Below are positions 10,186 to 23,153 of a stretch of 64,000 bases of DNA, in pieces. The notes beneath the pieces were generated by a model. That model saw only the letters and a list, made by a program, of their open reading frames with translations. It had not been told where the DNA came from and did not search any database. A program made the translations under genes and the position numbers. This DNA is from Selaginella moellendorffii (Eukaryota > Plantae > Lycopodiophyta): the NCBI RefSeq assembly GCF_000143415.4, contig NW_003314315.1:372001-436000 (forward strand). Reading direction: 5' to 3'. The stretch's first letter is position 1. Each line of letters opens with the position of its first letter.

Positions 10186-11139
10186 ATGGCGCCAGCGACG
10201 TCCCTGGAGAAGCCGGCCTACTACTGGGGCGACGAGATCTCCCCGGACGACTTCTACGCGCAGCAAGGCGTGCGCCACGCCGAGTCCCACTACACCACGC
10301 CGCACGGTACGCTCTTCACGCAGTCCTTCCTCCCGCTGGACGCCGCCGCCGCGCCGCGCGCTCTCATCTTCCTCACCCACGGCTATGGCAGCGACAGCGG
10401 CTGGCTCTTCCAGTCCATCGCCATCACGCTCGCCCAGTGGGGATTCGCGGCCTACTGCGCGGACCTCCTGGGCCACGGCCGCTCCGACGGCCTCCACGGC
10501 TACGTGTGGGACGTGGACGCCTTCGCCGACGCAAACCTCCGCTACTTCCACTCCGTCCGCGACAAGCCCGAGTTCTCGGGCCTCAAGAAGTTCCTGTTTG
10601 GCGAGTCCATGGGTGGCGGCCTCACGCTGCTCATGTGCTTGAAGGATCCAAAGGGCTGGGATGGAGTGATCGTGACGGCGCCGCTCATCGTCATCCCGGA
10701 GCTCATGCAGCCGTCGAAGCTCCACCTGTTTGGATACGGGCTGCTGCTCGGGCTGGCCGAGTCGTGGGCGGTGATGCCCGAGAACAACATCGTGCGCAAG
10801 GCGATCAAGGATCCGGCGCGGGGGAAGCTCATCGCGTCCAACCCGAGGAGGTACAAGGGGAAGCCGAGGGTGGGGACGATGAGGAACCTGGCGAGGATGT
10901 GCGAGTACTTGCAGAAGAATGTGGAGAAGATCGAGATGCCGCTGCTGGCGCTCCATGGGACGTCGGACGTGGTGGCGGAGACGGAGGGCAGCCGGATCTT
11001 GTATGACAAGGCCAAGTCGCAGGACAAGACGATCAAGATCTACGAGGATTACTATCACTCGCTGCTGCAAGGGGAGCCCGAGGAGGCGCGCGCGGTGGTG
11101 TACGGGGACATCAAGCAGTGGCTGGACGATCACTGCTAG
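10186..11139 (+). CDS. CSE: Caffeoyl shikimate esterase-like alpha/beta hydrolase
   Basis: Colinear with Arabidopsis CSE motifs as recalled: LFTQSFLP, HGYGSD, ADLLGHGRSDG, FLFGESMGG, PSKLHLFGYGLL, KPRVGTMR, YHSLLQGEP; intronless. Confidence 0.85.
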   Translation: MAPATSLEKPAYYWGDEISPDDFYAQQGVRHAESHYTTPHGTLFTQSFLPLDAAAAPRALIFLTHGYGSDSGWLFQSIAITLAQWGFAAYCADLLGHGRSDGLHGYVWDVDAFADANLRYFHSVRDKPEFSGLKKFLFGESMGGGLTLLMCLKDPKGWDGVIVTAPLIVIPELMQPSKLHLFGYGLLLGLAESWAVMPENNIVRKAIKDPARGKLIASNPRRYKGKPRVGTMRNLARMCEYLQKNVEKIEMPLLALHGTSDVVAETEGSRILYDKAKSQDKTIKIYEDYYHSLLQGEPEEARAVVYGDIKQWLDDHC

Positions 11140-11519
11140 AAAACCTCCGAGGATGACGAAGCATCTGTAGAAGTATATTCCTTGCCTGGAGAATATTCTA
11201 AGCATATTCGATTTATTTAAAAATAATTAAGGTTTCCATTAGTTGCTCAATGCACATTCGCCGAGGAAAAGAGAATGCCAGGACACTGGCACCTGAGGTG
11301 TGAGTGACTGGGTGTGTCCACTTCGCTCCATCAATGCGAAGCTATTGTGCTTATCATCATCGTTTAGCAGAGAATTGGACGAAAGAAAAGAGAAATCCAC
11401 GAGCCAGCGATTCAAGAACAACACAGAGTGGAAAGTTTGATCCAGGCGACGATGAGAAACATATGGGTAAGTTCTCCCTCCCTGTAGCGAATCCAGTGCT
11501 CTAGGCCGATACCACGACC

Positions 11520-12203
11520 ATGAATGGCAATGGATTCAGCAGCTCCAGCAGGAAGAAGCCCGCAATTGAGATTGGCAACCCCTCGCCATCGCCGGCCAGC
11601 AGCAGCGAGCAGCAGACGGATGATCGCCACAGCACAGCCACTCCCGCCGGGGACGAGCTCGGGCGAATCTTCGCCGTCTCCACCCTCGACACCGCCATCC
11701 ACTCGCTCCAGTCCATCGTCCAGTTCCATTTCGACAAGACGATCCAGAAGAAGCGCGGCATCGACGCCCAGAAGAAGCAGCTCTGGGCCCTCCTCGCCGC
11801 CTTCCTCGTCTTTCTGGCGCTCCTCTTCGCCAGCGTCGCCGCCACCCCTCCCGGCCGCCTCCAGTGCCGCCACTGCTGGTCTCCCATTGCGCTCGCCTCG
11901 CTCGGCCACGCCGTGATCTACGCCGCAGTGTCGCAGACTGTGCGCGTCCTCAATGGCCTCAAGTTCCAGCGCCACTGCCACAAGCTCACGCTTGGGCTCG
12001 CCGCCGCCAAGCTCGCCAAGCTCCGGGCTCTGCCCAGATCGCTGGTGGCCACCGTGGAGGACTGCGAGTTTGAGGTGCCGTACCAGGAGCCCGTGGCGTC
12101 GTACTACGCTAAGTTCACGAGGAGGTGGGCGGTTTACGCGGCGTTCTTGCTGCTCACGCTCGCCACCATGGTTGCCTCCACGGTTACCATCTTGTGCCTG
12201 TGA
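11520..12203 (+). CDS. Uncharacterised plant membrane protein (about 3 TM segments)
   Basis: GC3-rich intronless ORF; hydrophobic segments and LQCRHCW / QRHCHKLTLGLA motifs that I recall from a conserved plant family. Confidence 0.7.
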   Translation: MNGNGFSSSSRKKPAIEIGNPSPSPASSSEQQTDDRHSTATPAGDELGRIFAVSTLDTAIHSLQSIVQFHFDKTIQKKRGIDAQKKQLWALLAAFLVFLALLFASVAATPPGRLQCRHCWSPIALASLGHAVIYAAVSQTVRVLNGLKFQRHCHKLTLGLAAAKLAKLRALPRSLVATVEDCEFEVPYQEPVASYYAKFTRRWAVYAAFLLLTLATMVASTVTILCL

Positions 12204-13424
12204 TCGAGGAGAGAGTCTTTCGAAATCTTGATTGAGTGGCTTGAATATTCACAATCCTGGATCTCCGATGACTAAACGAAGTCAAACCAGTCAGCTGGAG
12301 AAAAGTATCCATTGGTATTCATTGGACCGTAACAGGATGAACTTTATCTCCGCATTAATCTCCAGGAGGAGAAGACAAGCCATCTGTGCCTGAATTGCTG
12401 CATTGAATCAACATTACTAAGCTTGTGGGGGGGACATCCATTCTCGCTGGCTGTGACATCGCAAGCTCCTCAAAGGCGCGAAATCGTTTTCGTGGATTTT
12501 TATGCTAAGTTTGTGGTCTCTGATTTAAAGGTGCCAGTGGCCGTTGGCCTTCGGTATAAAGCGGTGAGCTCTTCCCCGATTTTTTGTTCTAGTCGCTTCG
12601 TTTTTTTCGAGTGCTGATTTTTGTTTTAGTCGCTTCGTCTTTCCTGGTCTCGGGTGAGAATCCCGCTCATCGCAATGCAAGTCCTTCGGTTCGATCATCC
12701 TCATGATAGCTGCGACGACTTTTCCCACAAGCCGTCCTGAACACGACTCCCTTCGCCAGATGTTTCAGAATTTCCAAGTGTCTCTACTTGAAATGCTTTC
12801 GTGCCCGCTGGAGAAAAAGAAGCACAAAGAAAGCTCCAGTCATGGAGGGCCGGTAGGTTCATGACACTGACAACATCTCCTTTATGTCTTTCCAGGGCAC
12901 GCGACAAAGTTGATGCGTCTTCTAAAGAAGGACCTGTAAGCTGTTGCAACAGAGCTACAATCACCATGTTGCTCAAAGTTAATGTTGCTCAAAGGCAACT
13001 TTGAACAACATGGTGAATGCAGTAGCAATCTCTGGAACGAAGAGAAAGCTCCCACAATCCAGAACATATTGTCCCCAGGGTAAGTGGTCATCTTCAAATT
13101 TACTGGCTAGAAGAAAGCTCGTTAATTGAGAGATACGCGTGCGCTCTTGCGAGGTGGAAGAACACCGGGAGGAAATACACTAGGAAATCCAGCCTCTGCC
13201 TCAGTCTTTTATTGAGGTTTTCTTCTTTTTTGGACCGCGGCTCTATGAAACGTGCAGCTGCGGCAAACTTTTAGCACGATTCACAGAACCATTGAGATCT
13301 TTTATATTTCATCTTCCAGAGCAGCAAAGGAGAAAATCTTCAAAGCCTCTCAGGAGTAGAGAGTGGAATTCTCCAAAAGTCATTGGTGTGGTCAAGGACA
13401 ATTGGGATCAATCAGGTAAGTCGA

Positions 13425-15830
13425 CTAGCCAGTCCACGCATCTGGAGACAAGTAGTCCTTGAAAGCGTGCATCCTGGCCAGGGTCTTGGCCGGCAGCTTG
13501 TTGGACAGCTGCAGCTGCTGGCGGCGCCGCCCTTTGACCCCCGCCCGCCAGTCGAGCTTCTCGATAAACGCGTGACGCCGCCGTTGACTCATCCTCCTCT
13601 CGTGCGGATGCCCCTGGAGCAGCGATCTCCACGTCGGCTCCCTCATCCACCGCCAGAGGTACCGCGGCCGCCGCCGGTTCTCCATCACTCTCCTCCTCCA
13701 CCGCCGCTTGGCGTCCTCGAGCCTGTGTACCGCGGCATTTAGATTGAGCAGCAGCACGTACGCGGTCTCGTTCTCCGGGTTGATCTCCAGCGCGCGGATG
13801 GCGGCCTCCCGCCCGAGCTTGACGTTGGCTAGGCCGCCGTGGAGCCGGCAAAAGCCCAGCAAGCTCGTCCACTCCACGTCCCCGGGCTCGTACTCCATGC
13901 TCTCAATGAGCTCTTTGGCAGCCCCCAGATGCCCGCCCCGCCCAAAGAGGTGGATCAAACACCGGTAGTGCGCCAAGCTCGGCCTCATCCCATAGTCCGA
14001 GATCATGGCCTGGAAGACGCCGCGGCCACAGCGCGCAACGCGCGATCTACCACACGTCGCAAGCACGCTCGTGAACGTCACCTCGTCTGGGGCGAGCCCC
14101 TCGAGTTGCATGGCGCTGAAGAGACGGAGAACCCGTGGCGTGTGCCCGTACAGCCCGTGCGCCGCGATGAGCGCGTTCCAGTACACGGGCTCGCCGCGCG
14201 GCGTACCGCGGGGCGCCGCCGCGGTGTTGCCGTAGCGGGACCGCATCGCCGCTGCGTCGCCGCAGCGCGCGTACATGTTGACCAGCGCCACCTGGACCGA
14301 GGCGGTTGACTCGAGTGCCGGGGCCGTTGACTTGAGCTGTGCGTGGACTCGCTTGCCCAGCTCGAGGTCGCCCAGCCGCGCGCACGCCCCGAGAATGCTC
14401 GTGAAGGTCACCTCGTCGGGCTCCAGGCCCCGGACTCCCATGGCCGAAAAGAAATCCGCGGCTTGGCGGTCGGATCCGAGCTGGGCGTAGGCGGAAAGCA
14501 TTGCGTTCCACGAAACCAGGCCCCTCTTCTCGACCGGGATGCTCTCGAACGCTTCCTTCGCTCGGGAGAGGCTCCCACACTTGGCGTACATTGTAATGAG
14601 CGTGTTCGTCAAGACCCATTGCGAGCACGGTTGCTCCATCGTGTTAGACGGTTGGGAGGAGAGGAATCTCTCGTGGATCTTGGAGCCCAGGTCGAGAGCT
14701 GGGGGGCCGATCAAGGAACATGCCGAGAGGACGCTGGTGAAGGTCAAGTTGTTCGGCTGGATGCTTTCGGCTGTCATTTGCTGGTAGAGATCCAGTGCTT
14801 GAGCAACGTAGAGATGGCCGACTTGTACATATGCTGCGATCATGGTGGTCCAGGCGAGAGCACTGCTTCTTTTGGGTTTTTGCAAGATCACGTCTCTAAA
14901 GATCCTCTCGGACTCTTCGATCTGATTAAGCTTTGCATACGACTTGATAAGACCACAATAGATTCCATCGTCGTGTTGCATGCCACTCTCGACAATCACG
15001 GCATGGACGAGATTCAAGAGCCTCAAACTCGAGCAAGACGTAACGATCGTAGAGAATGTAAACTCGTCTGGAAAGACTCCCTCGCAGCACATCCCGTGAT
15101 ATAAATTGATTGCATGGGTGTTATGCCCAGTTTGGGCATATGCCGCAAGCATTGCGTTCCACGAGATAACGTCCCTCTCTTTCATCCTATCAAACGTCCC
15201 TCGAGCTTCCGCCACCTTCCCACACTTTGCATACATGTCCAAGAGCGCGGTCTCGACAACGAGATTGGAATCCAAGCACCCAGAAGAGATTTTTTCGTGG
15301 ATAGCTTTGCCAGTTTGGAGATCGCCGGAGGCGGCACAAGAACCCAAAACGCTCGCGAGTATAACGCAGTCGGCTTTCACCACCATTGTCTTTGTTTCTT
15401 GCATTGTTTGGAACAAATCTATCGCTTGTTTGTGATGCCCGGACTGGGCATACGCCGAGATCATTAAACCCCACGAGTAAACATTGCGTTTGCTCTCGGG
15501 AATTCCATCGAAGGCCCGTCTTGCCTCGCCCAAGCTGCCGCATTTCCCGTACATTTGCACGAGGAGATTCCCGAGGAATGGGTTCTGAGACTGGCCAGTA
15601 GAAACTATGTGAGCGTGGACGCGTCGGCCATCTTCTAGAGCTCGAGCCCGACCACATCGCCTCAAAAGCTCTGCGTAAGAGGAAGAGAGCGCAGAAGTCC
15701 AAGAAGAACAAGAAGAAGATGAAGAGGAGACGACAAGATCTAGCGTTTGCTCCAGACTCCGATGGGCTGCCACGCACAAAAACCTGCGAAAAACTTGAGG
15801 CAGCCGAGAAGATGGATCCAAGCCCTTCAT
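13425..15830 (-). CDS. PLS-class PPR protein with an E domain and a degenerate DYW-like tail
   Basis: 801-aa ORF with PLS repeats, an E domain (HYRCLIHLFGRGGHL..WTSLLGFC) and the terminal RMHAFKDYLSPDAW. Confidence 0.9.
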   Translation of the reverse strand: MKGLDPSSRLPQVFRRFLCVAAHRSLEQTLDLVVSSSSSSCSSWTSALSSSYAELLRRCGRARALEDGRRVHAHIVSTGQSQNPFLGNLLVQMYGKCGSLGEARRAFDGIPESKRNVYSWGLMISAYAQSGHHKQAIDLFQTMQETKTMVVKADCVILASVLGSCAASGDLQTGKAIHEKISSGCLDSNLVVETALLDMYAKCGKVAEARGTFDRMKERDVISWNAMLAAYAQTGHNTHAINLYHGMCCEGVFPDEFTFSTIVTSCSSLRLLNLVHAVIVESGMQHDDGIYCGLIKSYAKLNQIEESERIFRDVILQKPKRSSALAWTTMIAAYVQVGHLYVAQALDLYQQMTAESIQPNNLTFTSVLSACSLIGPPALDLGSKIHERFLSSQPSNTMEQPCSQWVLTNTLITMYAKCGSLSRAKEAFESIPVEKRGLVSWNAMLSAYAQLGSDRQAADFFSAMGVRGLEPDEVTFTSILGACARLGDLELGKRVHAQLKSTAPALESTASVQVALVNMYARCGDAAAMRSRYGNTAAAPRGTPRGEPVYWNALIAAHGLYGHTPRVLRLFSAMQLEGLAPDEVTFTSVLATCGRSRVARCGRGVFQAMISDYGMRPSLAHYRCLIHLFGRGGHLGAAKELIESMEYEPGDVEWTSLLGFCRLHGGLANVKLGREAAIRALEINPENETAYVLLLNLNAAVHRLEDAKRRWRRRVMENRRRPRYLWRWMREPTWRSLLQGHPHERRMSQRRRHAFIEKLDWRAGVKGRRRQQLQLSNKLPAKTLARMHAFKDYLSPDAWTG

Positions 15831-16849
15831 AAAGAAAGAAATAGTCCAGGTTTCTTTTTCCTCCCTTAGATGGAGGAAAATTGACGAAAGCCCAAGCTAG
15901 GAAACTATTTTACGATCGACTCAAACTCTAAGAGAAGAGATCGTGGATTGGTATTATTTTAAAGAGTTACATAGATCCTTGACGACTACTTTGGTTGTCT
16001 GGCTTCTCCGAGAGTCGAGCTCCGCAAAGCCAAAAACGATGAGGGCGAGAAGGATGAGATACACGCAAGAAGAGGTTTTTGAATTGGAACAGCAGTGAAG
16101 GGAGACATCGTTCTCAGATCCCAATGCGAAGTGTTGCAGGAGTGTTATCTCTCTGCATTGATCAAAGAACACAGTGAACACTGTAAATCATCTGGAGTAA
16201 TTTACTTGGCGATCGCGATCTCCGCAGTGAATCTCATAGATGACTTGGTCCTCCCCAAGGAGACAAGAAGACCATGCAGAAACTTCCGAGGCGGCGGGCG
16301 CAAGATCTGGGGGATTGTCATCGTCGTCGTCCCCATGCACGAAGACGAACCTTGCGAACAAAGAATCTCGCAGTGCCATTGTATGAGAGGGAGGACTTCT
16401 TGAGAAAGAAGAAAGAGGGAAGAGAGGAGGAACTAGAAAATGTAATAAACAGAGGTTCAGTCGCCGGAGTTCACGATAGAAATACACGACCACATAGTCT
16501 ACGTGCCCGTGCCAGGCCGATGTGGCAGCTGATATGGCCGTGGGGCCGAGCTATCCACGCATCCCCTGCATGGTGCTCGTGGAAGCCACGTGGACGAGAC
16601 GTTACTCAAGTATGCTGACCTACTTTGACTATGGTTGTTCATGCGATCATGGCCAGGATTTAACTCCTAAACTCGCTTGGCAGTGTTGAGAATGCTAGTA
16701 TTAGCCTTGAGAGCCGTGATAATCAAGTCTTCAGAGGTCCAGCTGTTTGATGGCACCGACGTCTTTGACACATTGATCAAAATCAAACTCAGCTATCTGG
16801 CTGGCAAGCACAGTAAGAGGGTTACTCTAAGTGTGAAGTATGTCTATTT

Positions 16850-19800
16850 CATTATTGTTCTTAATATATATTCTTTCCTTTCCTTTTACTTCTATTTTAT
16901 GTGTAGAATTCAATTATTTATTCTGAAATAGTTATTTTGTCACTATTTTTTTATTTGTATTTTTTTATTCAATAATTAATAACTTTATGTTGACAAATTC
17001 TCAATTAAATAATGATATCCTATGTGTTTGCTTAAATTTATGATAGGCATAGAAAAAGTGTGGAATAAAAATCAAAGGCACTACTAGCCATAAATGATCA
17101 TCAAGATTAATCCCCATAAAATAAAAAAGGTCATTCTCAAAGCAATATTAAGAAGGTAAATGCTGAAACAGCAAGTCATCAATAAGTGATGCAAAATTCT
17201 CAAACCCATCAAGAAGCTTTCAGATCCATGACTAACCTTTTAAACCTCACGAATTTTGTCAAAAGAAGGTAAATCTTAAGTTACATCTTGTGGACACTAC
17301 ACATTAAGTATAATAACCATTGATAGCATAAAATCCTTATTAACAAAATCTACTAATATTGGAACAATAAACTTATCAAGAACAAGTGAAGAGAGTGTAA
17401 AAGAGAGATGAACTTAAGATAGTGCATTAGCATTAAGTATAAAACTCCCCAAGTGATGAATAACCTTATATATATATAAAACTTTAAAGCCCATTAAGCA
17501 ATACAATTAACCAAGTTCTTCCACTTTAATGATGAAGTAACTATAGTATAATAACCTTTTAGTAATATCTGAGAACTATGTATGTGAACCTTCTTGAACA
17601 ATTACTAAACATTCCTTTATTATGGAGTAATTTAACTCTATTGGTTGCAATGTATGGCTAATATGTGCAATAAGATAATACTAATTAGACATACTTGTGC
17701 TCTCTTGCATCAATACACCCCTGAAACTAATATAAAAAACATCCACATGCAAAATGAAAAGTTAAGTATAGTCAGGATATGCCAAAATTCATCAATAACT
17801 CTTTGAGATGCATAAATGCCCACTCGTAGTTTTTAAACTAAATAAAAGGTGATGTTAATGACTTTAACAATGTTTATAATGGTGCAGTATGATGAAAAAA
17901 ATGATCAACAAAATGATCAAGATATTGCACCTTACCTAGGAAGCGTTTCATATCATTTACACATTTTGGAGTAAAGAAATTAGAACAACCACATGTTTAT
18001 CAATATTAACTTATAAACCTTCATGAGAAATACAATACCAAAGATAAGTTATGTCCTTAGACCCAAGCACACACTTCAACTATTTTAGCTTTAAACTAAC
18101 TTTCTATAGCCGACCTAACACTTTGTAAACATCATAGACATGCTCCTCCCACGTCCCTTCCAAATGGATCAAGATATTATTAATGAAGTTAGCAATCACC
18201 TTCAATATATTGTAAAGAACTTCCTCCATCATTTGCTAAAAAGTTGTTTGAACATTCTTTAAACTGAACAATATCACTAAGAATTTGTACAAATCAAATA
18301 GTATATAAAAAATAATTTTGGGAACATCTTCTTTGGCCATCGACACTTGTCAATACCTAAAAACAAGATATAATTTGGTGAACTAACGACTTCTCACTAA
18401 ACAATCTAAAAGATCATCAATGTAAAGAAAAGGGTACACATCCAAAATAGTCATTTTGTTAACCAACGATAGTCGATGCAACATTAAATACTCTCATCAG
18501 GCTTCGTCACAAAATTGTCACGAATGTATAGTAAGGATAGTGGGTAGGTCGGGCATGGTTGCATAACTTATGCATGCAATAACTCTTCATTACTCAAGTG
18601 ACTCCTCATTCCCAGAAAAATCTCTATATCAAAACCTACTACTGCAACATTAATAGGATATTATTGATACTAAGGCCTCCATCTAAGAAATGAAGGACAT
18701 CAATCTAGAAAATGCCAATAATGTCGATATGTGTGGCCATCCTTATCACATGTCTAACAGTAAATATCACTATTATGATCATCTCTTCGTCCTCGTCCTC
18801 GTCTTTAAATATAGGCAATTGCAATATCAACCTCTATACTCATCTCTCACAGAAAGTCAAAGAGCATCAATAAAGGTGGCTAAAGCAAATACATGCATAA
18901 GTCCCACAAGATTTTGATAAAGCACTAGCCACAACATTCCCAATTTAATTCGCTCTAATATATTTGGCTTTGCATGAAGCAAAACGTTTCTAAAATGAAT
19001 ATTAAACTACATCATTGACTTAAATGGCCCTATAAATTCCTAAATTTAAACTTCCTAGGAAGTCATTCAACTTAATATTACTCAAACTCAAGGACATTTA
19101 ACCCAAAATATCCCAAAACCCTTAATCAATTGGAGAAAGGCTCTTTCCTTTTATAATTGAACATTTATGAATTATTTTTTGAGTCATTCTTTTTGGTTAC
19201 TTATAAACCTTTGATATAGATAATGCAATTGTTGGAAGGCATCATTATAATTGTTAATATGTCCAAAGGTGTAAAAATGTTTGGGAAAAGACTCCAATTT
19301 ACATTAATGGTTGTGTTTAAACCATTGTACTATTGCAACATTGTCCCTTAGAGACATATGAGAAACTGTATCATCCCAAGAATGATAAATGGTAAAATGA
19401 TTAAACCAATGGTATATATTATCCTAAAGATTCCCGTAAAAAAACTCTAGCCAAACATAAGGATTGGCAACAAAAGCACGAGGAGTTGCACCATGTACTA
19501 TACTATCATTTGAATTTGATTGTTCAATTACAACTATATAACATTAAGCAATTGCACCAATTATTGCTCTAGAGTCAAAGGACTAAACTATTGTTCTACC
19601 CTGAAGATGAATAAAAAGAAGAAAAATAAATAAAAAATTTGAAAAGCTACAAAAAGAGAAAGATCTAGATGATATAAATGCTATATCTAAACCAAAAGCA
19701 AAAATCCAAACACTCAAGGGTAATCAAAGTTGGCCCCCATTCCACTAATGTAAGTATATAGAATATAAAGATGGGATATAGAATTATGTATATTCAATTA

Positions 19801-20200
19801 GCCCAAACACCCTAGTTTGAATTGAAATCAATCTGATAGATATCAAAATCCCACTATACTAATATTAGTATATGACAATATTATATATAATTTATATATG
19901 ATTTAAATGTATTTTTTATAGAGTTATTAAGAATAGAATGTTTATTCAAAAATTTACTGATAGTTAGTTCTATAAGTTTTTATTATCTCTCTTTATTTTA
20001 AAAATAAATTTCAAATGGGGAATTAAAAATAACAATAGTGGCATAGTATAAAAATGGAGCTTATGGAACTCAAATAAAAATATATATAGCTTAATTTGTA
20101 GTATAGCTTATAGTAAGTGTGCTAATAATTTATGTGAAAGAATATCATATATATATATATATCACAGGAAATCATTATATATGATTATCATATTTTAGAT
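16850..20200. other. AT-rich, gene-free block, probably decayed repetitive or transposon DNA
   Basis: Abrupt fall in GC content, almost no ORFs, adjacent to a LINE remnant; no family-defining motif recognised. Confidence 0.35.
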
Positions 20201-20239
20201 GTAAATAGAGATAAATAGATGTGTTTATAGTCGGCATTA

Positions 20240-22950
20240 GCCCATGAGAGTATGGGACTTTTGGGGAGGAGGGGACAAGAGGAAAGAGTTGTCATTTAGG
20301 TACTTGTTAGATGTTTCCGTATGGGAAGTGGGGGCATGTTGTTTCAATGAGTAGTGCCCTTCAATCTTTCATGGCATGTAGATTGCTGCCATGGTTGTAT
20401 TCCCCATGAATGCAAGGAGGCTGTGGGTATAGAAGTCTAGTATGGGGAAGAAAAGCCATAGCCATATATAGGCATGGCAATTGTATATGACATGTGACAA
20501 AGTCTTTGTTCCTGTTTTGCATAGGGGGCAAAGACAGGCATCTCTAGGCATAACAAGCTATTGTCTTTAGCCTAGTTCGATATGAAGTGTGCGGGCTTAT
20601 TCAGTATTTTGCAAGGATATGCCTGGTGTAGCCCATGGCATTGTGAATGCTGGGACCAATGATTCTCCCAGTGTTGATGTCATTGAGGTAGTCCTGGAAG
20701 TGGGAGTTCCTGTTTGAACCTGCCAACCAGCCTTTAAACGCAAGGCTGATCCATGCCAAGAGAATTGTGGTGATTGGTTGGTCCAATAGTCCATCGAAGT
20801 TTAAGCCAAGGCATTCCATCCACTTCCAGCAATCCTTCCACCATCACTGGCTCTTTTAGGCATTGAGCTGGATTGAGTCTTCAATAGCTGCCCGAGCATA
20901 GTGGTCAAATGTGTCTCTCCATGCAGAGAGCATGAACTGCATGGTGCACTTCCATGCAACTGGAAGTAGTCCTCTCCATGCATAGCAAGCCATAGGGTGC
21001 TCTCTATTTGATGCCAAAGTTGTTGGCAATGAAGGTTTGGTAAAGCTTTTCTAGACAGGACCAACTCGTTACCAATTGGCTGGTGGCCCATGCAACATAG
21101 CCATATAGCATCATGGTGCTGACCCTAGCCTAATAGTGCTCCTTTCGTGCATCCCATTGGTAAATGGGTACTTCACGAAGTGATTCAATAGGCTATAATA
21201 TGTTCTTTCGGATACAACTTCACATTGAACTACTCTAGTGGTTCATATTTGCTGATGGTGGAGGTAATAACCAAGGTACTTGTAAGTGGTAACTTGCAGA
21301 ACCTCTTGTCCTTGATAGTGGAGTGGGGTGTGTCTTGCTTTCAAGCTGAAGATCACAATTTGTGTTTTGGTCAGGTTGATCCCAAGATTTGTGTCCTAGC
21401 AAAATCCCTTGAGGGCTTCTAACTGCTACTACATCTTCTTTTCTATTTAGCAAAGAATAGCAAAGAGTAGCAAGTGGCATAAAGCATGAGATGAAAATAG
21501 AGACCAACGATTTGGGTGGTGGAAAGCTCACACTTGGCTAGAAGGCATTCCAATGTGTCTATGTAGATGCCAAACAATGTTGGGGAGAGTAGGCATCCTT
21601 TCTTGACACTGGCGTTGCAAGGGATTGCTGCTTGTCTAGTGAGCTTGGCTTGAATGCAGGTGTAAAGGTGCTTTATGGCAGTGATGATGTCAGCTAGTGC
21701 ACCAAGTTCCCTCTAGCTATTGGAAGAGCAAGTGTCTTAGTACAGTGTCAAAGGCCATTTTAAAATCCACAATGCAGCAGAGGAGCCTGCCTCCTTTTGC
21801 ATGGGAGTGATCCAATAGGATTCAAAACATAATCAGGTGGTCTGTGTAGCTTCTCTGTGGGTGAAAGCCAATTTGACCCCATGCACGTACATGTGTGGTT
21901 TCTGCCCACTACATCAGCTGCTTTTCCAGCATCTGGGCATATAGCTTGGACAAGATGTTGCTTATCATGATGCATCTATAGTTGGACAGGATGGTTTATA
22001 GTCCATCTTGTTGGGAAGCCGATGCTGGCTATGTTGTTGAAGATTCCCTTGAGGATGGGGGTGAGGAAATTTTCATTTGCAGCCAGCAGTATCTCTACAG
22101 TGAGCTCTTGTGCATCTGGGGCTTGGCATCTTGGCAATTTGCGAATGGCATTGGCAATGTCCTCTATAGAGAAGGTGGCTGTCCTCTTGTGTTGCTGTGT
22201 CAAGACTAGTGGCGCAAAAGGGAGGTATGTCACCCAGACCACATTGCTCAATATCATGACTGCTCGAGGTTTGTTATGTGCCCAGGTAGGGTTGGCATGG
22301 AAATCCTTGATTTACTCATCATTGACATGCTTGATATATCTTCTTTTCTTCTTTTTGCAAAGCTGCCAAAAAAGTGTTTCTCACCCTTTTACTACCCCCA
22401 CATGTAAATCTTGTAGTTTAGTGGCAAGTGCTACAAAGTATTCCACGTCCCACCAACAAGCCTTTGGGAGCCTGGTAGCCTGTTTAGGCCGAAAATGTTG
22501 GTGGCTGCCGTGACAAAAGGCTTGGACCAAGTGTGTTGTGTGTTGGTTTGGTGTGGGCATGTTTTGTAGCTAAGACTCTCAAAATTTTGGAGACATAAGG
22601 TGGACCTATAGTGCCACCTTGAACTAGTAGTGAGATGCCAAGTGGACAGTGGTCTGAGATCTTGGAATCTAGAAAGTCCTAGAGGTGACAGTCAGACTAT
22701 GGTGTCAATTGCAACTTGTGAGATAAGAGTGTAGTCATTGGTGTTGGCAATATTTCACATCATACATGTGTGTTCCCCTGTGGATGGCAATTTTGTAGGC
22801 CTCTCTCAACTAGATATTCCTAGTGCAAAGACACTATGGTCATTAGAAATCACTTCTTGAACTCTTCGTAGTATATGTTCCCACCATTTGGGACCATAGC
22901 AGTCGTGGACGAGCCACTCCAGAGCCATGGGAAGAATTCAACAGACGAGC
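20240..22950 (-). mobile_element. Degenerate non-LTR retrotransposon (LINE) ORF2: APE endonuclease, RT and C-terminal Cys/His motif
   Basis: Minus-strand SDHCPL (22640-22657), FSIEDIANAIRKLPRCQAPD (RT N-terminus), VKKGCLLSPTLFGIYID (~21560-21610), CPLCKTGTKTLSHVIYNC; many stops and frameshifts. Confidence 0.8.
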
Positions 22951-23153
22951 AGAGTACCTACAGCTGTGCCACTTGTTTTGACGAATTCCAACATCCACGT
23001 TCCAGTGGGCTCCCAATCTTAGTTTTTGTTTGCCAAAGGCTATGCTCTTGTCCATCGAATCGTGGAGGACATCAATTCCGCATATATATATACACGTACT
23101 ATTTCCTCTTCTCGATCAAAGAGAATACAATAAAAAAAGCTTTGAACTAGCGT

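Noticed and set aside
12250-13400. Short ORFs here and at 15954-16493 and 38446-39035
   Set aside because: No recognisable motifs or consistent splice model; they could hide small genes but cannot be supported
17000-19600. hAT transposase remnant in the AT-rich block
   Set aside because: Only very short ambiguous peptides (KRFAS, YLDP) and no terminal inverted repeats identified
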